Shown here: in pieces, positions 20,625 to 29,183 of the stretch
Layout of the letters: every line of letters starts with the position of its first letter
Numbering within the stretch: the first letter of the stretch is position 1
Source of the DNA: Reyranella sp.
Lineage (GTDB): Bacteria; Pseudomonadota; Alphaproteobacteria; Reyranellales; Reyranellaceae
Direction of reading: 5' to 3'
Length of the DNA stretch: 46,354 nt
Assembly: GCA_030679805.1 (NCBI GenBank)
Contig: JAUXST010000574.1
Location: 1 to 46,354 of the forward strand
The notes under the pieces: generated by a model
What the model saw: the letters and a program-made list of their open reading frames with translations, nothing else
What the model was told of the DNA's origin: nothing
Database searches by the model: none
Program-made: the position numbers and the translations under genes

Positions 20625-21578
20625 ATGGCGCTCGATCCGGAATCCCAGCGGCTGCTCGATCTGGCCGCGGCGGCCAACCGTCCGGCCTGGAACAAGCTGA
20701 GCCCGCAGGCCGCACGCGAGCAGTATCTGTCGCTCCGCCCGCCCGCCCAGGGTCCGCGCCCTGCCGGCGTGACGGTCATCGACCGCACGATTCCCGGGCC
20801 GGGCGGCGCGATCCCGATCCGGCTCTATCGGCCCGCCGCCGCGGCGGCCGATGCAACCTTGCCGGCGCTGCTATTCGCCCATGGCGGCGGCTGGGTGTTC
20901 GGCAACCTGGAAAGCCACGACGTGCTCTGCGCCCAGCTCGCCATCGACGCCGGGATCGCCGTCTGCGCCGTGGACTATCGGCTGGCGCCTGAAGCCCGCT
21001 TCCCGGGCGCCTTCGACGACGTCGTGACGGGCCTGCAATGGGTTGCGGCCAACGCCGCATCGATCGGCATCGACGCCACCCGGCTTGCCGTCGGCGGCGA
21101 CAGTGCCGGCGGCAATCTCGCCGCATCCGTCGCGATCTGGGCCCGCGACAACGGCGGGCCGCGCCTGCGTCTGCAGATCCTTGCCTATCCGGTCACCGAC
21201 GCCGTGGCGCGGACCGAGTCCTACCGTCGCTTCTACGATGGCTTCGGCCTCAATGCCGAGACCATGGAATGGTTCTTCGACCACTACACGCCCGACAAGG
21301 CGAGCCGCGGCGACTGGCGCGTGTCCCCGCTGCGTGCCGCCTCGCTCGCCGGTCTTCCGCCCGCCCTAGTGATCACCGCCGGTTACGATCCGTTGCGCGA
21401 CGAGGGTCGCGCCTATGCCTGGCGGCTGCAGCAGGAAGGCACGCTGGCCGACCTCGTGGAGTTCGGCGGCATGCTGCACGGCTTCTTGAGCGCACCGATG
21501 CTGCTGCACGGCGCGCGCCGCGGGGCGGCCATCTGCGCTGCGGCGCTGCGCGAGGCCCTGGTGCTGCGCGCCCAGTGA
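20625..21578 (+). CDS. Alpha/beta hydrolase, HSL-family esterase
   Basis: HGGGW, DYRLAPE, GDSAGG, DPLRDEG, HGF. Confidence 0.95.
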   Translation: MALDPESQRLLDLAAAANRPAWNKLSPQAAREQYLSLRPPAQGPRPAGVTVIDRTIPGPGGAIPIRLYRPAAAAADATLPALLFAHGGGWVFGNLESHDVLCAQLAIDAGIAVCAVDYRLAPEARFPGAFDDVVTGLQWVAANAASIGIDATRLAVGGDSAGGNLAASVAIWARDNGGPRLRLQILAYPVTDAVARTESYRRFYDGFGLNAETMEWFFDHYTPDKASRGDWRVSPLRAASLAGLPPALVITAGYDPLRDEGRAYAWRLQQEGTLADLVEFGGMLHGFLSAPMLLHGARRGAAICAAALREALVLRAQ

Positions 21579-22711
21579 GCGACCCGACGTCGTCCGGCGC
21601 CGTGCCCGCTGGCAAACCGGTGGGCATGGCCCTGCCGGGGCTGGTCATTGCCTTCGCCATGATCGGCGACACGCTGCTCTATGCCGTGCTGCCGCTCTAT
21701 CATGAGCAGTTTGGCCTGAGCCTCGTCATGGTGGGCGTCCTGCTGTCGCTCAACCGCTGGATCCGCCTGTTCGCCAACTCCGGCGTCGCCCATCTCGGCG
21801 AGCGCATCGGCCCGCATGCGCTGATGATCGCAGCGGCCATCGGCGCGGCCATCTCCACGACGCTCTACGGCTTGGTCGAAAGCCCCGCCGTCCAGATCGT
21901 CGCCCGGTGTCTGTGGGGCATCTCCTTCGCCGCGCTCAATCTCGCGACGCTCGCCTACGCCGTCAGCGACCGCAGCAACGCCGGCAGGCGCGTCGGCACC
22001 AGCCGCGCCGCCATCGGCATGGTGCAGGCGATGTCGCTGGTCGGCGGCGCCTGGATCGTCCTGCAGCTGGGCCCCCGCTCGGTTTTCCTGATCTACGGCG
22101 CGCTCACCCTGGTGGCATTGGCAGCCGCCCTCCTGCTGCCGCGCCTGCCGCCCGAGCCCGTGGCGCACAAGGGCTTCCGCCTGCCCATCCCCCGCCGCCT
22201 CGAAGTCTGGGGCTTCGTGATGGGCTTCTCGGGCGACGGCGTGTTTCTGCTCACGCTGGCCTTCCTGCTGAAGGACTCGATCACCTCGGTGGCCGCTGTG
22301 ATGGCCACCGCGCTCCTGCTGGCGTTGCGCTGGCTGGTCGAGATCACGACCGGCCCACTCGCCGGCTGGATCGGCGACCGCTTCGGCGCGCGGCGCTTCG
22401 CGATCGTCAACGGCGCCCTGCTGGTCGGCGGCTTCGTGCTGATCGCAGCGGAGCACGACGTCCTGGGCGCGCTGCTGGTCGTGCTGACCCGTGGCATGTT
22501 CAACACCCTGATCCCGGTGCTGGTGATCGAGCGCGGGCACGGCGGAGTCCTCTCCAGCCAGGCGAGCTATTCGACCTGGCGCGATTTCGGGGCCGCCGTC
22601 GGGCCGCTCTCCGCGCCCTGGCTGTTCCTCAATGTGGCCCAGGGCCCACTCTACGGCGCACTCGCCGCGGCGCTGGGCCTAGCCGCCTGGTTCTGCCTGG
22701 TCCGACGTTAG
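21575..22711 (+). CDS. MFS transporter
   Basis: ~12 hydrophobic segments, GDTLLYAVLP, motif A GWIGDRFG. GTGA overlap with the esterase (alternative ATG at 21626). Confidence 0.88.
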   Translation: MSDPTSSGAVPAGKPVGMALPGLVIAFAMIGDTLLYAVLPLYHEQFGLSLVMVGVLLSLNRWIRLFANSGVAHLGERIGPHALMIAAAIGAAISTTLYGLVESPAVQIVARCLWGISFAALNLATLAYAVSDRSNAGRRVGTSRAAIGMVQAMSLVGGAWIVLQLGPRSVFLIYGALTLVALAAALLLPRLPPEPVAHKGFRLPIPRRLEVWGFVMGFSGDGVFLLTLAFLLKDSITSVAAVMATALLLALRWLVEITTGPLAGWIGDRFGARRFAIVNGALLVGGFVLIAAEHDVLGALLVVLTRGMFNTLIPVLVIERGHGGVLSSQASYSTWRDFGAAVGPLSAPWLFLNVAQGPLYGALAAALGLAAWFCLVRR

Positions 22712-23121
22712 AAACGCGGGCCCAACTTTTCAAAATTGGCCCAACTCGAGGTGCCGAAATTGGGCTCTCCGCGCGCCGGAAAGCCAATAAATCCGGGATT
22801 TTACCCGGCCCGGCGGGCCCACCTGAACGATGGGAGTGTTGGGGCCCAATGTGTGCCCGGATCTGGGCCTGGGCATATGTCCGAATCGGCACGCAATACC
22901 GTCCACGATTCGATGCGTGGCTCTTTTCCCTGTTGGCGCCGGCACTGCCGGCACAACGCCCTTTGGGCTGAATGGATTGTGTCTCTCCTCGGGTCAGGAC
23001 CCGCGGCGGCTGCACCAGGCGCTTCTGCGCGAACCCGCGGCCCCTCTTGCGGACTCCAGAGGGCGCGGGCAGGTCTTGCCGGAAACGGAAAAGGCCGGCG
23101 CAATCCCGCCAGCCCAGCAAA

Positions 23122-23151
23122 ATTATAGACCAAAATCTGCTGAATCGTCAA
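23122..23151 (-). promoter_or_regulatory. Near-consensus sigma70 promoter pointing into an apparently non-coding region
   Basis: Minus strand TTGACG-N18-TATAAT. Confidence 0.6.
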
Positions 23152-23159
23152 CTTTCATG

Positions 23160-23192
23160 TATACTTCCGATATGATTGCATATGGAAGTATA
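23160..23192. promoter_or_regulatory. Palindromic operator, likely bound by the adjacent MarR
   Basis: TATACTTCC-N15-GGAAGTATA perfect 9-bp inverted repeat with inner ATATG/CATAT, 18 nt before the marR ATG. Confidence 0.6.
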
Positions 23193-23210
23193 TCGGCCTA
23201 TATCTCCACC

Positions 23211-23657
23211 ATGACCAGCCCCTCCTTTTCCGCCATCCTGCGCCTGCTCAGCGCCAATGCCCGCCTCGAAGAGCGCTTCACGAATGGCCTCGGCTCCCTG
23301 CACGGCCTTGCCCTCAAGGAAGTCCTGCTTCTGATGCACCTCGACCGTGCGCCGCGGCGGCGGCTCAGCCGGATCGACCTCGCGAAGCAGCTCTACGTCA
23401 GCCCGTCGACGGTCACGCGCATGGCAGCACCACTCGAGAAGTTGGGGGTGGTGGGCCGCGAGGCCGATCCGCGCGACGCCCGCCTGGCCTACGTCGTCCT
23501 CACCGAGGCGGGCCTGGAACTCGTCGCCAACGCCCGGGCCACACTCGAGGTCATGGCCGCCGATATCTTCCGCGACCGCTGGACCAAGGCAGACATCGCC
23601 ACGTTGGCCGATCTGCTGGGCCGACTCACGGCCGGCCAGCCCGGTGACCTGGGCTGA
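23211..23657 (+). CDS. MarR family transcriptional regulator
   Basis: LSRIDLAKQLYVSPSTVTR, LEKLG.V.READPRDAR...VVLTEAG. Confidence 0.92.
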   Translation: MTSPSFSAILRLLSANARLEERFTNGLGSLHGLALKEVLLLMHLDRAPRRRLSRIDLAKQLYVSPSTVTRMAAPLEKLGVVGREADPRDARLAYVVLTEAGLELVANARATLEVMAADIFRDRWTKADIATLADLLGRLTAGQPGDLG

Positions 23658-23661
23658 GCCG

Positions 23662-24156
23662 ATGATCCACCTCGTTTGCGGCTCGACCGGCGCGGGCAAG
23701 ACCACCTATGCCGGAAAGCTCTCCCGGCAGCTCGGCGCTTTGCACCTGTCGATCGACGACTGGATGGTCGGACTGTTCACACCGGACAAGCCCGAGCGTC
23801 CTGACTGGCAATGGATCGACGAGCGGGTGACGCGCTGCGAACGCCAGATGGTCGCCACCGCCCTTCAGCTCGGCCACCTCGGCGTTCCCTCGGTGCTCGA
23901 CCTCGGCCTGCAACGCGCCGATCAGCGCCAGCGTGTTGCAGCACCCGCGATGACGGCCGGCTTGGCTGTGCATCTGCATTTCCTCGACATCGACGCCGCC
24001 GAACGCTGGCGACGTGTCGAGGGACGCAACCACGACCAGGGCGAGACCTTCCGTCTCACGGTCACCCGTCCCATGTTCGATTTCATCGAAACGATCTGGC
24101 AGCCGCCCGGCGCCGATGAAATGGCGGCCCTCAACGGCGTGCGGGTTACGGCCTAG
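23662..24156 (+). CDS. Small P-loop kinase (AAA_33-like)
   Basis: IHLVCGSTGAGKTT, SIDDWM, VLDLG, RWRRV..RN, FIETIWQPP. Confidence 0.85.
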   Translation: MIHLVCGSTGAGKTTYAGKLSRQLGALHLSIDDWMVGLFTPDKPERPDWQWIDERVTRCERQMVATALQLGHLGVPSVLDLGLQRADQRQRVAAPAMTAGLAVHLHFLDIDAAERWRRVEGRNHDQGETFRLTVTRPMFDFIETIWQPPGADEMAALNGVRVTA

Positions 24157-24190
24157 AGGCGATCCAGTTTGAATGGACTCACGCCAAAAA

Positions 24191-24265
24191 GGACTGCGGG
24201 CCTCCAGGCCCGCAACAGGCGCATGTGAATGCGCCGACATGAGCGGGTCTGGAGGCCCGCGGTCC
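24191..24265. repeat. REP doublet (REPIN-like): two inverted REP palindromes with a central hairpin
   Basis: GGACTGCGGGCCTCCAGGCCCGC (24191-24213) vs reverse complement of 24243-24265 GGACCGCGGGCCTCCAGACCCGC; spacer hairpin GGCGCAT-GTGA-ATGCGCC. Confidence 0.8.
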
Positions 24266-24274
24266 GATGACACT

Positions 24275-25051
24275 CTAGCGGAACACGTCCTTGCGGTGAC
24301 GCACTTCGGCGAAAACGGCCGTGGGATCGCTGCCAGCCATGCCGACCGCTGCCTGCACGGCGGGGATGTCGACGCGCAGGAACGGGTTGGTGGCCTTCTC
24401 CTCGCCGAGCAGCGACGGCACCGTGGCCTCGCCGCGGGCCCGTGCCGCGTCGATGGACGCCGCGCGCGCCATCAGCGCCTTGTTGCCGGTCTCGATGGTC
24501 ACGGCGAAGCGGGCGTTGGACTGGGTGTATTCGTGGGCGCAATAGACCCGCATGTCGTCGGGCAGGGCGCGCAGGCGGTTGAGCGACGTCCAGAACTGTT
24601 GCGGCGTGCCCTCGAACATCCTGCCGCAGCCCAGCGCAAAGATCGTGTCGCCGCAGAACAGCGCGTGCTGGTCGCGGAAGGCATAGGCGATGTGGCCAGA
24701 CGTGTGGCCCGGGATGAAGAAGACCTCCGCCTCGGCCTCGCCGAAGCGGTAGCGGTCACCGTCGTCGACCTCGACGTCAATGCCGGGAATGCGCGCCCGG
24801 TCGCGCCGGGGGCCCACGATGGTGCAGCCGGTCGCTTTCTTGATCTCGAGATTGCCGCCGACGTGATCACCATGATGGTGGGTGTTCAGGATATGCGTGA
24901 TCTTCCAGCGGCGTTTTTCCGCTTCGGCGAGGATTGGTCCGGCCACCGCCGGATCGACGACGGCCACGGCGCCGCTCTGCGGCTCACGCATCAACCACAC
25001 GTAATTGTCGCTCAGGACCGGGATTCGGACGATGTCTAGCGTTGTGCTCAT
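24275..25051 (-). CDS. gloB: Hydroxyacylglutathione hydrolase (glyoxalase II)
   Basis: SDNYVW, THHHGDHVGG, PGHTSGH, FCGDT, CAHEYT, EKATNPFLR. Confidence 0.96.
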   Translation of the reverse strand: MSTTLDIVRIPVLSDNYVWLMREPQSGAVAVVDPAVAGPILAEAEKRRWKITHILNTHHHGDHVGGNLEIKKATGCTIVGPRRDRARIPGIDVEVDDGDRYRFGEAEAEVFFIPGHTSGHIAYAFRDQHALFCGDTIFALGCGRMFEGTPQQFWTSLNRLRALPDDMRVYCAHEYTQSNARFAVTIETGNKALMARAASIDAARARGEATVPSLLGEEKATNPFLRVDIPAVQAAVGMAGSDPTAVFAEVRHRKDVFR

Positions 25052-25147
25052 GATGCGCAACGCTAGCAGAGCTGGCCTGCGCAAGCCATGCCCTCCCCAT
25101 GGTGCCCGCCATAGTGCTCGCGGCCTGCTTTCTGCTAGGATTACTGC

Positions 25148-25924
25148 ATGTGGAGCGACGTCCTCGACCTTGAGGAATTCTACGGCAGCACGCTCGGCCA
25201 GATGACGGCGCGGCTGCTGCGCGCGCGGCTGCGCGAGGTATGGCCGAATGTCCGCGGCGAGACTGTGCTGGGGTTGGGCTATGCCACGCCCCTGTTGCGG
25301 CCCTTCGTCGAGGAAGCCGCACGCACGCTTGCCTTCATGCCGGCCCAGCAGGGCGTCGCCCGCTGGCCCCGCGAGGGTCGCAATCTCGCGACCCTGGTCG
25401 ACGAGATGGATCTGCCCCTTCCCGACCGTTCGGTCGATCGCGTGCTGCTGTTTCATGCCATCGAGTGCACCGAGCAGGTGCGTCCGCTGCTGCGTGAGAT
25501 CTGGCGGGTGATGGCCGATGGCGGTCGTCTGATCGTGGTGGCGCCGACGCGTGCCGGTTTCTGGTCGCAGATCGATCGCTCGCCATTCTACCAGGGCCAT
25601 CCCTATTCCACTGGCCAGCTCGCCGCCCTCATGCGCGCCAACATGTTCGCGCCGCTGCGCCAGACGCGCGCGCTCTACATGCCGCCGACCCGCTCGCGGC
25701 TCGCCATGCGTATGGCGCCGGCCGTCGAGCGCTTCGGCCAGCGCTGGCTCGGCCGCTTCGCCGGCGTGAGCGTGATCGAGTCCGGCAAGCAGCTCTATGC
25801 CGGCATCGCCGAGCGCGCGCAGAACCAGGCGGTCGCCGTCGTGCGGCCCAAGTTGCGCGTCGCCAGTTCGCGCGACACGCACGCCGCGCGCAGCACCAAG
25901 GACGGCGAAGCCCCTGCCTCCTGA
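25148..25924 (+). CDS. Class I SAM-dependent methyltransferase (type 11, YafS-like)
   Basis: LGLGYATP, MPAQQGV..WP, LPLPDRSVDR, LREIWRV; divergent from gloB, as commonly seen. Confidence 0.88.
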   Translation: MWSDVLDLEEFYGSTLGQMTARLLRARLREVWPNVRGETVLGLGYATPLLRPFVEEAARTLAFMPAQQGVARWPREGRNLATLVDEMDLPLPDRSVDRVLLFHAIECTEQVRPLLREIWRVMADGGRLIVVAPTRAGFWSQIDRSPFYQGHPYSTGQLAALMRANMFAPLRQTRALYMPPTRSRLAMRMAPAVERFGQRWLGRFAGVSVIESGKQLYAGIAERAQNQAVAVVRPKLRVASSRDTHAARSTKDGEAPAS

Positions 25925-25940
25925 CCTCCGGAACAAAGAC

Positions 25941-26888
25941 ATGTCCTTTTCTCCGCGCGTGATCGCGCTACTCGGTTTTGGCGAGGCGGGATCGGCTATC
26001 GCCCGCGGCCTCTGCATCGAGGGCGGCTGGCGCGCGTCACACGATGAAGGGGGGCCCAAGCCCGGCGACAACGCCCCGCGCCGCGTGATCGCCATCGACA
26101 CGGCCCTCGACAAGGACGCGCGCGGCAAGGCGCTGGGCAAGACCGCCCGAGCGCTCGATGTCGCGATCGAAGACCGCTACACCGAAGCGCTGCATGAGGC
26201 CGACCTGGTGATCTCAGCCGTGCAGGGCGAGTTCGCACGGGATGCCGCGGCTGCCGCCGCACCGCTCCTGAAAAAGGGCGCACACTTTCTCGATCTCTGT
26301 ACCATCACCGGCAAGATGTCGGACGAGGATCGCGCCGCCATCGAGACTGGCGGCGGATGCTACATCGATATCGCCGTCATGGGGGGCTTCTTCAAGCAGG
26401 GCATCAAGGCGCCGATGCTGGTGGCCGGCGAGGATGCCGAACCGATGGTGGCGTGGATGAACGCCAACGGTTTCGTCGCCACGCTGCTCGGGTCGAAACC
26501 CGGCAGCGCCTCGTCGGTGAAAATGCTGCGCAGCGTGCTGGTCAAGGGCATCGAGGCGTTGGGCGTCGAGGCGCTGGTGACGGCGCAACGCCAGGGCATC
26601 CTGGAAGAGGTGCTGGGCTGCCTTGGCGACGCCGACGACATGACGTTGCGCGGCTTCATCGCCATGCTGGTGCAGACGCATATCGTGCATGCTCACCGCC
26701 GCTGGGAGGAGATGGGCCTTGTGGCCCAGACGCTGCGCGAGACCGGCGTCGATCCGCTGATGACCGAGGCCATCGAGCGCAGCCACCGCCGCACCGTCGA
26801 CGCCCATATCGCGCCGGCAGATGGCCAGGTGCCGAGCCTGGAAGAGGCACTCAAAGTCCTGTCGGAGAAGGTCATCCATGGCATCTGA
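25941..26888 (+). CDS. NAD(P)-dependent oxidoreductase (6PGD/3-hydroxyisobutyrate DH-like, DUF1932-type C-terminus)
   Basis: Rossmann LGFGEAG, DIAVMG, ASSVKMLRS..VKG, HAHRRWEEM. Confidence 0.85.
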   Translation: MSFSPRVIALLGFGEAGSAIARGLCIEGGWRASHDEGGPKPGDNAPRRVIAIDTALDKDARGKALGKTARALDVAIEDRYTEALHEADLVISAVQGEFARDAAAAAAPLLKKGAHFLDLCTITGKMSDEDRAAIETGGGCYIDIAVMGGFFKQGIKAPMLVAGEDAEPMVAWMNANGFVATLLGSKPGSASSVKMLRSVLVKGIEALGVEALVTAQRQGILEEVLGCLGDADDMTLRGFIAMLVQTHIVHAHRRWEEMGLVAQTLRETGVDPLMTEAIERSHRRTVDAHIAPADGQVPSLEEALKVLSEKVIHGI

Positions 26889-27366
26889 TGTTTTCGACCA
26901 GCTCGTCGCGCTGCTGAACGACGCCAACGCGAATTTCCGCGTCATCGAGCACGAGGCCGAGGGCAAGTCGGAGGCGATCAGCGTCATCCGCGGCAACCGG
27001 CCCGACCAGGCGGCCAAGGCCATGGTGCTGGACGTGCGCGGCGGCGGCGGTGGCAAGCGCCCGGTGCTCGCCATCCTGCCGGGCAACCGCAAGCTCGACT
27101 TCAATGCCGTCGCTTCCCTCTTCGAGGCGCGAAAGTGCGGCTTCGCCTCGCCGGAGACGGCGCAGGAGCTGACCGGTTGCGTTATGGGCGCAGTGCCGCC
27201 CTTCGCGCTCAACCCCGCGCTCGCCGTCGTGGTCGACGAGGACCTGCTCGCCAACGAAACACTGTTCTTCAATGCCGGCCGCCTCGACCGATCGATGGAA
27301 CTCGACACCAAGGACTGGTTGACGGTCGCCAAGCCGCGCATCGCGAAGATCGCTTCACGTGTCTGA
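26878..27366 (+). CDS. YbaK/ProXp aminoacyl-tRNA deacylase family (YeaK-like)
   Basis: FRVIEH, QAAKAMV, TGCVMGAVPPF, FNAGRLDRS. Confidence 0.88.
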   Translation: MASDVFDQLVALLNDANANFRVIEHEAEGKSEAISVIRGNRPDQAAKAMVLDVRGGGGGKRPVLAILPGNRKLDFNAVASLFEARKCGFASPETAQELTGCVMGAVPPFALNPALAVVVDEDLLANETLFFNAGRLDRSMELDTKDWLTVAKPRIAKIASRV

Positions 27367-29137
27367 AGACTGGCGCTTCGGCCCAGTCAGCGAAGTGGAC
27401 TTCGAGCCGCTTCTGACGTTGCGTGTCGAGGTCATGCGCGAGCATCTGGAGCGCGTCTTCCGCTACAAGCCTTCGCGCGCACGCCGAATATTCCGCGAGC
27501 ATTTCGACGGACCGGGAATGCGGCTGATCCTGCTGGGCAGTGAGCGCGTTGGCTGCGTGGGGTTCCGGCGCCTCGAGCATGAAATCAAGATCGACTCGTT
27601 CTATCTCGACCGCCGGCTGCACAATACCGGACTCGGCACCAAGATACTGAAGGCGCTTCTCACCGAAGCCGATGCGACCGGCCTGCCGGTGCGCCTCGAA
27701 GTGCTGACCGGCAGCAAGGCCGACCGCTTCTACCTGCGCCACGGCTTCGTGAAGCTCAAGGAAGACGAGATCGAAGGCGAATACGAGCGGCCCGCCGGCG
27801 GCCGGCCGATTGCCGCCCTTCTGCCGCGCGGCCAAGGGCATCAGTTCGTCGTCTACGGCGACGCCTGCTCCGGCGTTGCCGGCGCCCTGCACGAGCGCAC
27901 CTTCGCCAGCGTCAACGCAGCCCTTCGGCGTCTGGCGCCCTCGCCCGAATTCATTCTCTTTCTCGGCGACGAGATCGCGGGCTACTCGGCCGACGCCGAC
28001 ACGCTGCGCAAGCAGTGGCAACACTGGCTCGACCGGGAGATGGGCTGGCTCGACCGCCGCGCGATTCCGATGTGGCACACGACCAGCAACCACGCGACCT
28101 ACGACGCCATGAGCGAGGCGGTGTTCCGGGAGGTGCACGATCACCTGCCGCGCAACGGTCCGGCCGAACAGGAAGGCCTGTCGTACTGGGTGCGGCAGGG
28201 CGACCTGCTGCTCGTCTTCGTTCACACCTTGTGGACGGGCCTCGGCGGCGAGGGTCACGTCGAGACCGACTGGCTCCGCTCCGTGTTGCACCAGCATGCG
28301 GATGCGCGCCACAAGCTCGTCGCGGGCCACCATCCCGTCCATTCGGTCAACGGCTTCGCCGGCGCCTATCAGCGCGATGTCGGCCCCGAGCATGCGACGG
28401 AATTCTGGAACGTCTTGAGCGAGGGCGGTGTGCTCGCCTACCTGTGCGGCCATATCCTGGCCTTCGACGTACAAGTCCATCGCGGCGTGCTGCAGATCTG
28501 CACCGCCGGCGCCGGCACCGCACATCGCATGCCGGAGGGCGTCGAGTATCTCCACGCCGTCCAGGTCGCGCTCGATCGCCAGGGACTGCGGTATCAGGTG
28601 TTCGATGCCGAAGGTCGCGTCCGCGAGCGCCTATCGTGGCCGCTGGCAGTGCCGCCGGTCGAGCAGTGGCAGGCACTGGGCGAAGCCGGCATTGGCAACG
28701 GCAAAATCGTGGCGTTCCGCTTCACCGGCCACGCCGCAGCCGTCGGAACGAGCCCGGCCCAGACACTTCTTTCGGTCTTCCGGCCCGGTATCCGCGCGCC
28801 GCTCTGGGTCGGACTGCGTGGACCGGCGCAGCGGCTGACGGTGATCCTGGAGCCGGAGCCCGGCCGCAGCCCGCACTACTGGATCGGTCCGGCCTTCGAG
28901 GCCGGTGCACCTTTCGACCTTCAGCTGCTCGTCCATCCGGGCATGGGGCCCGGCGGCCTGCTCTATCGCCTCGCCGCCGACGCGCCCTGGTCGTCGCTGT
29001 CGGCCGCCTCCGCCTGGGGCGCCGAACGCCTGAACTGGCCGGAACGCTGGAGCGTCGGTCATGGCCCGGACGGACCGGCCGACCGCGCATTCCTCGGCAG
29101 CAATCTCGCGGTTTCGACAACGACCCTCGAAGGCTAG
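27359..29137 (+). CDS. GNAT acetyltransferase fused to a calcineurin-like metallophosphoesterase and an unknown C-terminal domain
   Basis: GNAT: FYLD...TGLGT, VRLEVL, FYLRHGF. MPE: YGDAC, LGDE, SNH, GHHP, CGH. Single uninterrupted 592-aa ORF. Confidence 0.78.
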   Translation: MSEDWRFGPVSEVDFEPLLTLRVEVMREHLERVFRYKPSRARRIFREHFDGPGMRLILLGSERVGCVGFRRLEHEIKIDSFYLDRRLHNTGLGTKILKALLTEADATGLPVRLEVLTGSKADRFYLRHGFVKLKEDEIEGEYERPAGGRPIAALLPRGQGHQFVVYGDACSGVAGALHERTFASVNAALRRLAPSPEFILFLGDEIAGYSADADTLRKQWQHWLDREMGWLDRRAIPMWHTTSNHATYDAMSEAVFREVHDHLPRNGPAEQEGLSYWVRQGDLLLVFVHTLWTGLGGEGHVETDWLRSVLHQHADARHKLVAGHHPVHSVNGFAGAYQRDVGPEHATEFWNVLSEGGVLAYLCGHILAFDVQVHRGVLQICTAGAGTAHRMPEGVEYLHAVQVALDRQGLRYQVFDAEGRVRERLSWPLAVPPVEQWQALGEAGIGNGKIVAFRFTGHAAAVGTSPAQTLLSVFRPGIRAPLWVGLRGPAQRLTVILEPEPGRSPHYWIGPAFEAGAPFDLQLLVHPGMGPGGLLYRLAADAPWSSLSAASAWGAERLNWPERWSVGHGPDGPADRAFLGSNLAVSTTTLEG

Positions 29138-29183
29138 AGCAGGATGATTCTAGGTTGGTCGTCGGACCTAGTCCCTTACGGAT

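Noticed and set aside
22629-23151. Short ORFs in the MFS-marR intergenic region as protein genes
   Set aside because: No recognisable motifs or well-placed RBS-start pairs; treated as probably non-coding, though a small peptide is not excluded.
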